61,768 nucleotides of DNA, from IMG/VR virus record IMGVR_UViG_3300023179_000112, positions 1-61,768 of that record. The stretch is one strand, 5' to 3'. A program made the translations under genes and the position numbers. This stretch comes from a virus. Lineage: Duplodnaviria; Caudoviricetes. The notes under the pieces were generated by a model, which saw nothing but the letters and a program-made list of their open reading frames with translations, had not been told where the DNA came from and searched no databases. Numbering within the stretch: position 1 is the first letter of the stretch; every line of letters begins with the position of its first letter. This document shows, piece by piece, positions 1 to 8,744 of this stretch.

Positions 1-65
1 TCCTTAGCCTGTTTTGTTTGTTCAGAAGCTTTTTCATCAGGGAATTTAAATTCAGTTTGATCCAT
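1..65 (-). CDS. 5' fragment of a head-module protein (possibly scaffold-related), truncated by window edge
   Basis: ATG at 65 preceded by GAGGTG; reads MDQTEFKFPDEKASEQTKQAK; directly downstream of groES. Confidence 0.55.
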   Translation of the reverse strand, partial: MDQTEFKFPDEKASEQTKQAK

Positions 66-73
66 ATTTCACC

Positions 74-436
74 TCATGCACGTTGGATACCACGGGGGTC
101 TTCGACCACCGCTTCAACGGAATCATCGTTAATAATCCTAAATTCACGGTCGTGAATTTTAAGTCTTGTGCCTGTATTAGCGCGAGTAATCACAAGATCC
201 CCCGGTTTGCACCACGGTCCTGTTGGAAAACGATTCTTATCAGCGTAAGCCATATCACCCAGTGATACGACAAAAAGCACGTTGCTTAATAACTCTTCGT
301 ACTTTAATGTTGCATCAGCTTTAATAATACCGCTGTCAAACTTGTTTTCAATTGTTGGTAGGGCGCATAAAATTTTATACCCTTTAACATGCGGCAATTG
401 TTTAGCTTTTTCCTGCGCTTCTTCTAGTTCAGTCAT
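74..436 (-). CDS. groES: Co-chaperonin GroES (Cpn10) family protein
   Basis: SGII mobile loop, VVSLG..AY, PWCKPGDLV, GT, FRIINDDSVEAVV; start moved to MTELEE (436) with GAGGA upstream. Confidence 0.85.
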   Translation of the reverse strand: MTELEEAQEKAKQLPHVKGYKILCALPTIENKFDSGIIKADATLKYEELLSNVLFVVSLGDMAYADKNRFPTGPWCKPGDLVITRANTGTRLKIHDREFRIINDDSVEAVVEDPRGIQRA

Positions 437-632
437 TCTCAAATTCCTCATACCGTTGCACAAGGTCTTGAACTTCTATTCTTGCACGGCGCAGACCTTG
501 GATAACGCCACACAAATTCCTATATTCAGCAAAATCTTTACATCCACCTTCGGCAATAGACTCACTTACTTCACGTTCGCGTTCTTTTAATTTATTAAAT
601 AAATGGTCAAGTATCATCCGTTCATTTGCCAT
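429..632 (-). CDS. Small conserved head-module hypothetical protein
   Basis: Coupled to portal stop; DFAEYRNLCGVIQGL pattern typical of the small gene after portals in such phages. Confidence 0.65.
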   Translation of the reverse strand: MANERMILDHLFNKLKEREREVSESIAEGGCKDFAEYRNLCGVIQGLRRARIEVQDLVQRYEEFEND

Positions 633-3016
633 TATTGGTTACCCCGCTTCATTGCAGATTTAAGTAAGTCGGCTTGGATCTTTTTATCATCCCGTTTATC
701 TTGGCTTTGCAGTCGAATGTTTTCTTTCTGTGCTTCAAGCTGTATACGTTCTTTCTCGTTTTGCAGTCGGCCTTGTGCAAGCGCAACGTCGGCTTGATCC
801 TTAGCAGCTTTGCGCTGCTGCTCCATACCTTTAATCTGAAGTTCTTGTTGCTGCATCTGAACCAGAGGATCTTGAGCAATTGCTTGAGCTTGTTGTTGAG
901 CAGCTTGGGCTTGATGAATTTGCAACACTTGTTGCGCTGCTTCTGCCACATATTTAGCCATTGCAAGTTCTTCGGCTTCAGAAATATCTTGCTCCGGTCC
1001 CGGTAGCGGTGCACCCACACGCTGTTCAATCTCTTGCCTATATCTAAATCCTAAATGCTCAGCAACGTGAGCCATCATTGCAGCCTGCATCTGCTGCGCC
1101 ATCGGGTTTTGCCCAATAGTCTGCATAATGCTTGGGTCTTGCAAAAAGGTCATATGCGTTGTGATATGCGCCTGATGATCCTGATAAATAAACGCTTTCA
1201 GCGGTGTGCCTTTAAGCACGTTCATATTTTCAGTGATTGGATCTTTAGGCTTTTGATCGTCAGGCAGCGGCACAAGTTTGTCAGCGTTAGGAATACCAAG
1301 TACGTCAAGCATCTGCCTGTGAAGCCGTGGGAGGTCGTAAAGCTGAGGCGCACCCTGAGCAAGCTGTAAGGCAGCTTGGTATTGCACAACCCGTTGAGCC
1401 ATTGTTGAAGCGTTAGGGTCGGACACAGGGATTACTTCAATTACATCGTAGTCCTCAGCTTTAACCTGTGGTGTGCCATCTTGGGGTACATAACTGTAAT
1501 CTGGGCCAGTGTATTCCCTGATAATTTCTTTTAGCAGCTTAAACTCTTCTTTCATCGCTGCATGGATGCGAGCTTGTACTGCACCCATTGTTTTTAACTG
1601 ACGCTCTAAGAGGGCTAGGGTGGTACCCACCGGAGCCTGACTCGACATATCGCTGACTTTCATATCAGCCATACCACTGAGTCTTCGCGCTTCTTCGGTG
1701 ATCTGATTTAACAAAGCAAGAAGAACTTGGCTTGGTTCTTTATATGGCAACGGTAAGATGTTGTCTCTGATTACACCGCCCGGAACATCCACATCTCTCC
1801 ATTCACCGGGAGCAATCGGCGTATCGTCACCTTTGATACGCAGACCTCTGGATTTCAAACCACCCGGAAGATTAGATAAAGAACCCGCGTCAACCAACTG
1901 ACGAATCAGCATGGTGCCTGCTGTGGCGTAGCCACCAATAATATGTATCAACCCAAAGCCATAAGCCCCAAAGCCGGGAACATACATGTAGTGTACAAAG
2001 TGTTGTCTTGCTGCTTTGCGTGGGTCGTCTTCTTTATAATTGCGACGAATTGCTAAAACCTTATTAGTCCCCTTATCAATGGTAATGACATAGGGCAACG
2101 GTAAATCTTCTTCGTATCCGGGCAAGTCATACTCAATATGCACTTCGTATATCTGATACCGCTCATCTTTGGTTTGCTCAACACCTTCTTTTTGTGCCTT
2201 GGCTTTTTCAATATCAGTCTGGTTAGCGTAGGGTTCACCAATATCTACGTCACAATAAAAACCGCTGACTTGCAAACGTTTAATATCATTTTTAGTTTTT
2301 CGCATCACATGCGTGAGGCGGTCTGTACGTCTGATGTTTGTTACGCCGTACGGTAGGATTATGTCCTCGGCGGGTATATAGAAGGACACCTGCCGCCCAA
2401 GTGATGGGTCGTAATAGACTTTTTTGAATGATGAACCGGCTAGCGCCACACCCCATAACGCACGTTCATGCTCAGAACGATACTCAGGCATTTTGTCTGT
2501 TAGCTGATAGTTCATATCAGCTTCAACACGCTTAGCTGCTTCTTCAATTTCAGGACTGGATGCGCCAATAATATTAGTTTTTACAGGCCCATCAGCGGGG
2601 AAAGTCTCCATAATAGATTCGCTCTGGAAGCGAATTGCAGCTTCGGTAAGCAGTGTGGAGAACACACCACAAGCACCATCCCAAGGCTCTGTCACGTTGT
2701 CATAGCGCAACCCAAGAACATCAAGCCCCTTAACATAAGTATCAACCCAATCTTTGCGGGAGTTAATGTCTGCTTCAACTAACTCCATAATGTCGCCAGC
2801 AATTTTTTGAAGCTCTGAGTCATCCATGTAGTCGGCAAGATTAGAGTCAAACTCCTCTTCTTCTTTACCGCTTTCTGGCATCAGATCAATCTCAACCCCA
2901 TCAATACCAATTGACACGCCTTCTGGATTAACAATTTCAATCTCAATAGGAGCTTCTTCGGTTGAAAGGCTGTCAATTCCTTGGGGTGCTGCGTACAGTG
3001 CTTTATCAATAGCCAT
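632..3016 (-). CDS. Portal protein
   Basis: 794 aa downstream of terL; PWDGACGV, GSSFKKVYYD, YGFGLIH motifs; Gln-rich coiled-coil C-terminus. Confidence 0.85.
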   Translation of the reverse strand: MAIDKALYAAPQGIDSLSTEEAPIEIEIVNPEGVSIGIDGVEIDLMPESGKEEEEFDSNLADYMDDSELQKIAGDIMELVEADINSRKDWVDTYVKGLDVLGLRYDNVTEPWDGACGVFSTLLTEAAIRFQSESIMETFPADGPVKTNIIGASSPEIEEAAKRVEADMNYQLTDKMPEYRSEHERALWGVALAGSSFKKVYYDPSLGRQVSFYIPAEDIILPYGVTNIRRTDRLTHVMRKTKNDIKRLQVSGFYCDVDIGEPYANQTDIEKAKAQKEGVEQTKDERYQIYEVHIEYDLPGYEEDLPLPYVITIDKGTNKVLAIRRNYKEDDPRKAARQHFVHYMYVPGFGAYGFGLIHIIGGYATAGTMLIRQLVDAGSLSNLPGGLKSRGLRIKGDDTPIAPGEWRDVDVPGGVIRDNILPLPYKEPSQVLLALLNQITEEARRLSGMADMKVSDMSSQAPVGTTLALLERQLKTMGAVQARIHAAMKEEFKLLKEIIREYTGPDYSYVPQDGTPQVKAEDYDVIEVIPVSDPNASTMAQRVVQYQAALQLAQGAPQLYDLPRLHRQMLDVLGIPNADKLVPLPDDQKPKDPITENMNVLKGTPLKAFIYQDHQAHITTHMTFLQDPSIMQTIGQNPMAQQMQAAMMAHVAEHLGFRYRQEIEQRVGAPLPGPEQDISEAEELAMAKYVAEAAQQVLQIHQAQAAQQQAQAIAQDPLVQMQQQELQIKGMEQQRKAAKDQADVALAQGRLQNEKERIQLEAQKENIRLQSQDKRDDKKIQADLLKSAMKRGNQ

Positions 3017-3024
3017 TTTTTATC

Positions 3025-3801
3025 CTAAATTAGCTTGTTATTTCCAGCTTGCGGAATATGCCCGCCCCAAGAAAATCCTAATTTTGATTTAATTTTCTGC
3101 ATGGTGCTTTCTTCTTTTTCTTTTTCTTTTACCCGAGTATATGGTGCAATATCTCTTGGGTCTAGCCTAGTCTGACGCAGTCCTGTTAGCGCGTTGTATG
3201 TTTCCCGCACATCTTTATCGGCAAATAATGTTTTTCTAAGTACTGGGTCTTTAGTTAAATCAACATTTTTAGAAGATTCAAGACCAGCCAAAGACGCTAA
3301 TATTTCGTAAAACCCAACACCAAAGTCGTTTCCTGTCATTGCTCGCATAGCAACAGGATCAAAATAAGCGTTTTTTACAAGCCCATATTTTTCTTCCAAA
3401 TACGGAAGGGATTTTATAGCATTTGATACAAACATGCTTCGTTTTACTTTACCGTCTTTATCTCCAATCAATTCATCAAATTTTTGGTTAACTGAACTAC
3501 CTTCTCCTAGATTCTGTCTGGCTAGTAAATGCTCAATCTCATGAGCAATTGTTGCGTCCGATGCACTAGGACGTACAAATACGTTTTGCTGTAGTTTGCG
3601 ATTTTCCGGTATGTTTCGCGGGTTGGAAAGCACAAATCCCGAAACATTTGAATCTTCTAGAAAAGGCATTTCCCGCACCAACAGCCCCGGAAGCCCTGCC
3701 GCAGTGGATGGGAGTTGTCGTTTTGAAATTGATGTATATTCTTCTGAACTGGGAAGTTGTTCGTCTCTAAGATATTCCCGAGTTTTGAGATCGTATTTCA
3801 T
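3025..3801 (-). CDS. Hypothetical protein with HExxH zincin-like motif
   Basis: ATIAHEIEHLL; lies between terL and portal. Confidence 0.55.
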   Translation of the reverse strand: MKYDLKTREYLRDEQLPSSEEYTSISKRQLPSTAAGLPGLLVREMPFLEDSNVSGFVLSNPRNIPENRKLQQNVFVRPSASDATIAHEIEHLLARQNLGEGSSVNQKFDELIGDKDGKVKRSMFVSNAIKSLPYLEEKYGLVKNAYFDPVAMRAMTGNDFGVGFYEILASLAGLESSKNVDLTKDPVLRKTLFADKDVRETYNALTGLRQTRLDPRDIAPYTRVKEKEKEESTMQKIKSKLGFSWGGHIPQAGNNKLI

Positions 3802-3804
3802 AAT

Positions 3805-5343
3805 TTATCCTAAATAGTAACCTCGTTTTTGCCCACGAAAGCCCCGAAAATAGCGTATATCGTCTGGTTCATCAGACGGTAGCGAAATAAACCCACCTTG
3901 CCTGAAACGCAGCAACGCTTGCGTCATTGTATCTACGTAGTCGTCATGCTCGCCAACAGGAAACGCAGCGACTTCTTCAATAACTTCCCTAGCCCACCGT
4001 GTGTCTGGTGCCCAAACTTTACCACTTGCAAATATATCAGCAACTGAATTAACACGAACGTGCTTATCGTTACCCCTTGAAGGGCTGAACTCCTGTATTG
4101 GCACCCCTACACGCCGCATTTCTTGTATAAGTGGTGCCCCTGCTGCTTTCTTTTCTATGATCACCGCATCAGGTTCATATTCCTTGTACATCTCTAAGGC
4201 GCGTTCTTTTAATACAGGAAAATTCATACGCGCTTTAAATGCATCAATTAATATTAAATTAGGTGCACCGCCATCTTCGTCGTTATACCAGATACCCCAT
4301 GTTGTGCACGCAGTATAATCTGAAGATGTTTTAGTTTCATGCGCCGTATCCCAAGATTGAATAATATATTCGCAGCGCGGTGGGTCTTCATGTTCCCACA
4401 CTCTCCACATATTACGTTGAATGACTGCTGCCGCATCACTTGTTGGCTGCTGCATATACTGCGCTTGCCAATAGCGCGGGTCCATTGCTGCTTTTTTAGC
4501 TTTTAATTGATCGAGGGGCCATTGTTCGGGCCATAATGATTTTTCATTATTTTCATTTTCGTTTAGTATTGCAGGTAATTCAACCAATTCCCACGGGTCT
4601 GATTCAGGATTTTTAATTTGATAATCAAGTAATTTACCCGTTAAGTCAATTAAACTCCAACGAGTCATAATAACTATGATCGCTCCTCCCGGCATTAACC
4701 GTTGTAGCGGTCCTGTTTGAAACCACGACCATGCTTGATCAAAAGTTAACCTTGAATTAGCTTTTATGTCTTGCTCAGAATGAGGATCGTCAATAACAAA
4801 CAAATCAGCACCACGCCCAGCCAAAGCCCCGCCCACACCAACAGCATAATATTGACCTCCGGCTCCGGTAGACCATTTTCCGGCGGCTTTTTGATCTTCT
4901 GCAAGGGCTGTTTTTGGAAAAATTTCTTGATATTCATTGGAATTTACTAAATTTTTAACACGCCGACCAAAATCTTCTGATAAAGAAGCCGTGTGCGTAC
5001 CCATAATAATTTTTTTATCTGGAAACTGCCCTAAAAACCACGCAGGAAACAAATAAGAACTGAATTCTGACTTACCCATACGCGGCGCAATATTAATAAT
5101 TACCCGTTTTTTGCGTCCTGCCACCACATCTTCAAATATTTTTGCTAGTTTTCTGTGGTGTGCGCCTTCTTTAAAACCCGGATATATGTGATGCGAAAAA
5201 GAAAGCATCGAAGAACGCGATTTTTTAAGAGATTTACGCCTATCATACTCGTCAAGAAGCGTCAAAACCTCCAGCTTTTCTGCTTTTGGTATCTGTGGCA
5301 GCATCTGCCGCAGCGCTTCAGCCTCGTAATCACTCAGATTCAA
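3805..5343 (-). CDS. terL: Terminase large subunit
   Basis: Walker A IAPRMGKS, Walker B LFVIDD, IMTRW, nuclease SWDTA and HDDYVD; probable TTG start at 5343 with GGAG upstream, overlapping terS end. Confidence 0.93.
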   Translation of the reverse strand: MNLSDYEAEALRQMLPQIPKAEKLEVLTLLDEYDRRKSLKKSRSSMLSFSHHIYPGFKEGAHHRKLAKIFEDVVAGRKKRVIINIAPRMGKSEFSSYLFPAWFLGQFPDKKIIMGTHTASLSEDFGRRVKNLVNSNEYQEIFPKTALAEDQKAAGKWSTGAGGQYYAVGVGGALAGRGADLFVIDDPHSEQDIKANSRLTFDQAWSWFQTGPLQRLMPGGAIIVIMTRWSLIDLTGKLLDYQIKNPESDPWELVELPAILNENENNEKSLWPEQWPLDQLKAKKAAMDPRYWQAQYMQQPTSDAAAVIQRNMWRVWEHEDPPRCEYIIQSWDTAHETKTSSDYTACTTWGIWYNDEDGGAPNLILIDAFKARMNFPVLKERALEMYKEYEPDAVIIEKKAAGAPLIQEMRRVGVPIQEFSPSRGNDKHVRVNSVADIFASGKVWAPDTRWAREVIEEVAAFPVGEHDDYVDTMTQALLRFRQGGFISLPSDEPDDIRYFRGFRGQKRGYYLG

Positions 5344-5896
5344 CGACTTTCTCCGTTGCAGCAACCTCAATAGCGCCCATATATTTACCAAGTTTTGCCT
5401 TGATTTTGGATTCAATCTCCTCATCAGACATCTCAACCTTTTTAACTTCTGTTCGCTCAGTAAATAGCGCTACTTCAGTCACTTTACCCAACATCTCCAA
5501 CGCTTTTAATCTGTAACGCGGGTCTGGGTGTTTTGTATCTTCTAAAATTTTAGCTACAGCGTATCCGCGCATCTGCCGAGCTTGTTCAACAAACGCCCAA
5601 TCATACGCAGTTAACATGCTTACAAGATTACGCACCGCCCTTGGCGTTGTATTTGCCAATAATTTTTCTTTTATTTTTTCTGTTGAAGCACCCGCTGCCA
5701 TTGCAGCAAACGCAAGCTGTGCGCTTTTGTGTTGTGCATTTTCTTCAACTTCTTCATCAGAAACTGCACCTATCGATTCTAAAAAATCTGCCGTGGCTAC
5801 TTGAGCATCTAGCACTTCTTGCGCAGACGCTTTGTCAACGGGCGTATATTTAGGCGCGTCGTCGTATATGGATGGTTGTATCAAATGTTCAAACAT
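5330..5896 (-). CDS. Putative terminase small subunit
   Basis: Directly upstream of terL; RLKALEMLGK helix typical of TerS; likely start MFEHL at 5896. Confidence 0.6.
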   Translation of the reverse strand: MFEHLIQPSIYDDAPKYTPVDKASAQEVLDAQVATADFLESIGAVSDEEVEENAQHKSAQLAFAAMAAGASTEKIKEKLLANTTPRAVRNLVSMLTAYDWAFVEQARQMRGYAVAKILEDTKHPDPRYRLKALEMLGKVTEVALFTERTEVKKVEMSDEEIESKIKAKLGKYMGAIEVAATEKVVESE

Positions 5897-5944
5897 GTTG
5901 AGGGAAAAGGGCACCTCGTTAATTTGGCATAGAATAATTCTTTG

Positions 5945-5974
5945 TTGACAATAATGCAAGTGTTGTAGTATATT
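5945..5974 (+). promoter_or_regulatory. Sigma70-like promoter driving the putative sRNA
   Basis: TTGACA (5945-5950), 18 nt, TATATT (5969-5974). Confidence 0.6.
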
Positions 5975-5980
5975 CTGTTT

Positions 5981-6054
5981 TGTAGCTTGGCATCCATGCT
6001 ACTCTCCTTGGTCATGTAAAGACCTTTATTCCCGGCTGCGCCGGGAATTTTTTT
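5981..6054 (+). ncRNA. Putative small RNA with anti-Shine-Dalgarno seed
   Basis: Promoter upstream, intrinsic terminator at 3' end, no plus-strand ORF, two short hairpins flanking TCTCCTT; complementary to several phage RBSs. Confidence 0.55.
6028..6054 (+). terminator. Rho-independent terminator
   Basis: ATTCCCGGC-TGC-GCCGGGAAT stem followed by a T run on the plus strand only. Confidence 0.8.
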
Positions 6055-6062
6055 GTTTGTTT

Positions 6063-6080
6063 ATGTCAAACATTAGACAT
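6063..6080 (-). promoter_or_regulatory. Operator-like motif copy (ATGTCTAATGTTTGACAT)
   Basis: Matches 7556-7573 (reverse), 8745-8762 and 23663-23680. Confidence 0.55.
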
Positions 6081-6341
6081 TATTTTAGAGAAATTTTATA
6101 AAATTTTTATAGCGTTATTATTTATTTTGATAGGGGCTGTGTTTGTAAAAATGTGGGGTGTGGGAGACAAATAGTGTCACACGAAGCCCCCCCACCTACC
6201 TGACGCACTGGGGGGATACGGGATAGGTGGGGTTGCAGACACGACGTTGCTTGATCTGTTTTACAGCAACAGCCCAGTTCTCTCAAAGTCGTCACCGTAT
6301 ACTGAAAGTGTCGAGTCTGCTCTATGACTCGATAGGTGAGC

Positions 6342-6359
6342 CGGACGGATTTCCGTCCG
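6342..6359. repeat. 18-bp palindrome copy 1 (CGGACGGATTTCCGTCCG)
   Basis: Variant copy; extended stem AGC..GCT followed by a T run, so also terminator-like. Confidence 0.85.
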
Positions 6360-6426
6360 GCTTTTTGTTTGTGTGGCTTGGCGAGACAGCGATGCTTCTC
6401 GCAGGTTTCACACTGTGTCAATCAAT

Positions 6427-6444
6427 GGGACGGATTTCCGTCCG
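6427..6444. repeat. 18-bp palindrome copy 2 (GGGACGGATTTCCGTCCG)
   Basis: Variant copy just upstream of the RBS of ORF 6457. Confidence 0.85.
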
Positions 6445-6456
6445 AAAGGAAACACC

Positions 6457-6870
6457 ATGTCTAACTACACCAACGCCGCCGCCGCAGGCTTAGCCCTTGG
6501 TCAGCAGAGTCGCCTTACTCATCAGGCAACCCTCGCCTTGTCCAAGACCTACGCGAAGTCCGAGGCGGATGTCCGTAAGCAGATGCGGGTTGACTTCATG
6601 GTCAGCTTCATCCAAGGCGCACTGGACATTGACAAAGCCAAGGCCGAAGGCGTCCTTGCAACTTCACGCGATGACCGTACCACGGCACAGCAACGTGCCT
6701 ACGCTCAAGGCTCGGACAAGTTTGCATACCACATAGTGCGGGATGCAAACGAAAGCAAAGCCAAAAGCAAAAATAGTACTGACGTTGTAACGCAGTGCAA
6801 GAAGTACGTCGATAGCAAGAGCTTGACAAAAGCTCAACTCAAGAAGCTCATTGGGCTTCTCTCAGCCTAA
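6457..6870 (+). CDS. Early hypothetical protein (basic, Ala/Lys-rich)
   Basis: AAAGGA RBS then ATG 6457; first gene of plus-strand block. Confidence 0.75.
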   Translation: MSNYTNAAAAGLALGQQSRLTHQATLALSKTYAKSEADVRKQMRVDFMVSFIQGALDIDKAKAEGVLATSRDDRTTAQQRAYAQGSDKFAYHIVRDANESKAKSKNSTDVVTQCKKYVDSKSLTKAQLKKLIGLLSA

Positions 6871-6880
6871 TCACCAACAC

Positions 6881-6898
6881 GGGACGGAATTCCGTCCC
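6881..6898. repeat. 18-bp perfect palindrome copy 3
   Basis: GGGACGGAATTCCGTCCC. Confidence 0.95.
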
Positions 6899-6919
6899 AA
6901 CAACTTTAGGAGAAATACC

Positions 6920-7117
6920 ATGTCAACATACTGGCACGACTCATTCACCAAGCTCAGCGCCAAGCAAATGCTCGAAGCCAAGTTCGAGGAGGAAATTGGC
7001 AAGCATGACGACAAGCGCGAGAGCAAGCTCGAACGTGGCACTCAGCCACCCACCAACGACCAAGTACTAAAACTACTATGGCGATTTAACCAAAACAAAC
7101 CCTCACGTTGGCTTTAG
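6920..7117 (+). CDS. Early hypothetical protein
   Basis: AGGAG RBS, ATG 6920; bounded by palindrome copies 3 and 4. Confidence 0.7.
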   Translation: MSTYWHDSFTKLSAKQMLEAKFEEEIGKHDDKRESKLERGTQPPTNDQVLKLLWRFNQNKPSRWL

Positions 7118-7119
7118 TT

Positions 7120-7137
7120 GGGACGGAATTCCGTCCC
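7120..7137. repeat. 18-bp perfect palindrome copy 4
   Basis: GGGACGGAATTCCGTCCC. Confidence 0.95.
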
Positions 7138-7146
7138 GCTGTCAAC

Positions 7147-7532
7147 ACTTCTCCACAACGTGTTGTGGAGAAGTACCCCATTTTTAGGGGTGTCCAGTGC
7201 ACCCCAGTTTTTTGTCTACGCGGACACCCACATGGACAGGCGCAAAGCCCCGTGGCACGGGGCAAAAGCGTGTATCTGTCTGTCTGTCTATCTACATATA
7301 CATATATATTATTAGGTAGGCATAAGTAGACACTTCCTCTTCTTCCTCAAATTTTGCCCAAGGTGCGAAGCTCTTGGATTTTGATGGACATCTGGACACT
7401 TTTGCTGCTTTCTCGACAGTACATGGGCGCAGCACTGTCCACTTTCTCCGATTAAGATTCGGCACAAATTGCTTAAAAGTCCCGTAGTTATTGGGTAAAC
7501 TACTGTCCACTTCCAAGTGGACAATGTGGACA
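7147..7532. other. Non-coding iteron/inverted-repeat region, candidate replication origin
   Basis: Eight TGGACA/TGTCCA hexamers, several inverted repeats, AT-rich run 7291-7313. Confidence 0.45.
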
Positions 7533-7571
7533 CTTTTGGTATTTAATAGCCCTTTTTGTCAAGGAGTAGAC

Positions 7572-8075
7572 ATGTCAGACCCCAAAACAACCCACTCACG
7601 CACCTGCATCAAGTGCGATCTCACGTTTCCAACCTCCCATTTCCGCTATCGCGGAACACGTGCCCAAGCCATTGCAAAAGGACTCTTAGGCAACCGTCTG
7701 CCGTGGCTTGACTCCAAGCTCTGCCGCCAATGCAGACCCCCACGCACCCCACTGCGTAAGATCACACGCAACGAGCTAGCCAACCGACTCGCGGCAGGTG
7801 ACATCTCTCAGATCACGTACGACAACGAGATCAAACGACGCATGCAGGAGGAGAGCAGGCGTAAGAGTGAGTACATGACCATGCACCACGCCATGCGCAA
7901 GTACCTCTCACTTAAACCTGCCGACATCAAACTATTCCTGCTTGAGAAAACCATACGCGAACAACAAGCCAAAGAATTCAAACAAGAAAGCGCTCAAGCC
8001 AAACAGAGCGAAGCCCTATCAACCCCCAAACGAAAGCGAGGTAGACCACCCAAGAAACTAATCCCAACGATCTAA
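7572..8075 (+). CDS. Zn-finger plus AT-hook-like DNA-binding protein
   Basis: CIKC...CRQC and C-terminal KRKRGRPPKK; AAGGAG RBS. Confidence 0.65.
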   Translation: MSDPKTTHSRTCIKCDLTFPTSHFRYRGTRAQAIAKGLLGNRLPWLDSKLCRQCRPPRTPLRKITRNELANRLAAGDISQITYDNEIKRRMQEESRRKSEYMTMHHAMRKYLSLKPADIKLFLLEKTIREQQAKEFKQESAQAKQSEALSTPKRKRGRPPKKLIPTI

Positions 8076-8082
8076 CGCAACT

Positions 8083-8100
8083 GGGACGGAATTCCGTCCC
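8083..8100. repeat. 18-bp perfect palindrome copy 5
   Basis: GGGACGGAATTCCGTCCC. Confidence 0.95.
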
Positions 8101-8134
8101 ACATCTTTATGTCCTCATATTTTAAGGAAAAACT

Positions 8135-8683
8135 ATGAACACATTTCATATTCAGCCTTCGTCGGAGCTTGCAAAGCAAGCAGTAACAGAAGTTCGGGAG
8201 TTTCCTCCCGACACCCTCATCGCCGTACGCGGCGAATATTTTGACGGCAGAGAGGAAGTTTACACGGTCAGTGCATGCCCTGACCAACAAGATCCGAGCA
8301 GGTATATGTGGAAATATGTGCTAGCCAGAGATTGGCTAGCCGATTACGAGGAGCGTGAGCACGTTGACAAGCGCTATGCCAGTCACGCCGAAGGGTTCCG
8401 TAATTCTAAGATTGGAGAAATACAGGACAAGCTGAATACGCTGTTCAAAAAGAAAATATGGGCAGTGCAGTTACAAGAGTTCCCCACGAGCGAGCGCATG
8501 TCAGTGGAGGACGTGTACAAGTGGTGTGATGAGCCTCACGACAAGGCTCTGTGCAGGTGGAGACAGATAGCCCTCGCCCTACAATGGCCCCACGCAGTCT
8601 TTTACCGCATACCCAACACGAAGTATATGGGGTTTAGGTTTGGACTGAAGGGGCACCAGTACATGAGTTTGTATAGCAGCTAA
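8135..8683 (+). CDS. Early hypothetical protein
   Basis: TAAGGA RBS, 182 aa, bounded by palindrome copies 5 and 6. Confidence 0.7.
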   Translation: MNTFHIQPSSELAKQAVTEVREFPPDTLIAVRGEYFDGREEVYTVSACPDQQDPSRYMWKYVLARDWLADYEEREHVDKRYASHAEGFRNSKIGEIQDKLNTLFKKKIWAVQLQEFPTSERMSVEDVYKWCDEPHDKALCRWRQIALALQWPHAVFYRIPNTKYMGFRFGLKGHQYMSLYSS

Positions 8684-8685
8684 CT

Positions 8686-8703
8686 CGGACGGAATTCCGT
8701 CCC
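8686..8703. repeat. 18-bp palindrome copy 6
   Basis: CGGACGGAATTCCGTCCC (17/18 match). Confidence 0.93.
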
Positions 8704-8744
8704 ACTCCCACAAACATCTTAAGGAGAACTGCAATGCATAAATA

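Noticed and set aside
74-436. GroES as a novelty
   Set aside because: Stand-alone GroES in head modules is well known in aquatic phages.
5344-5436. N-terminal extension of TerL in the ORF track
   Set aside because: Overlaps terS; TTG at 5343 has a GGAG RBS and typical coupling.
7108-7533. Short ORFs on both strands
   Set aside because: No convincing RBS and they read through the repeats; region is better explained as non-coding.
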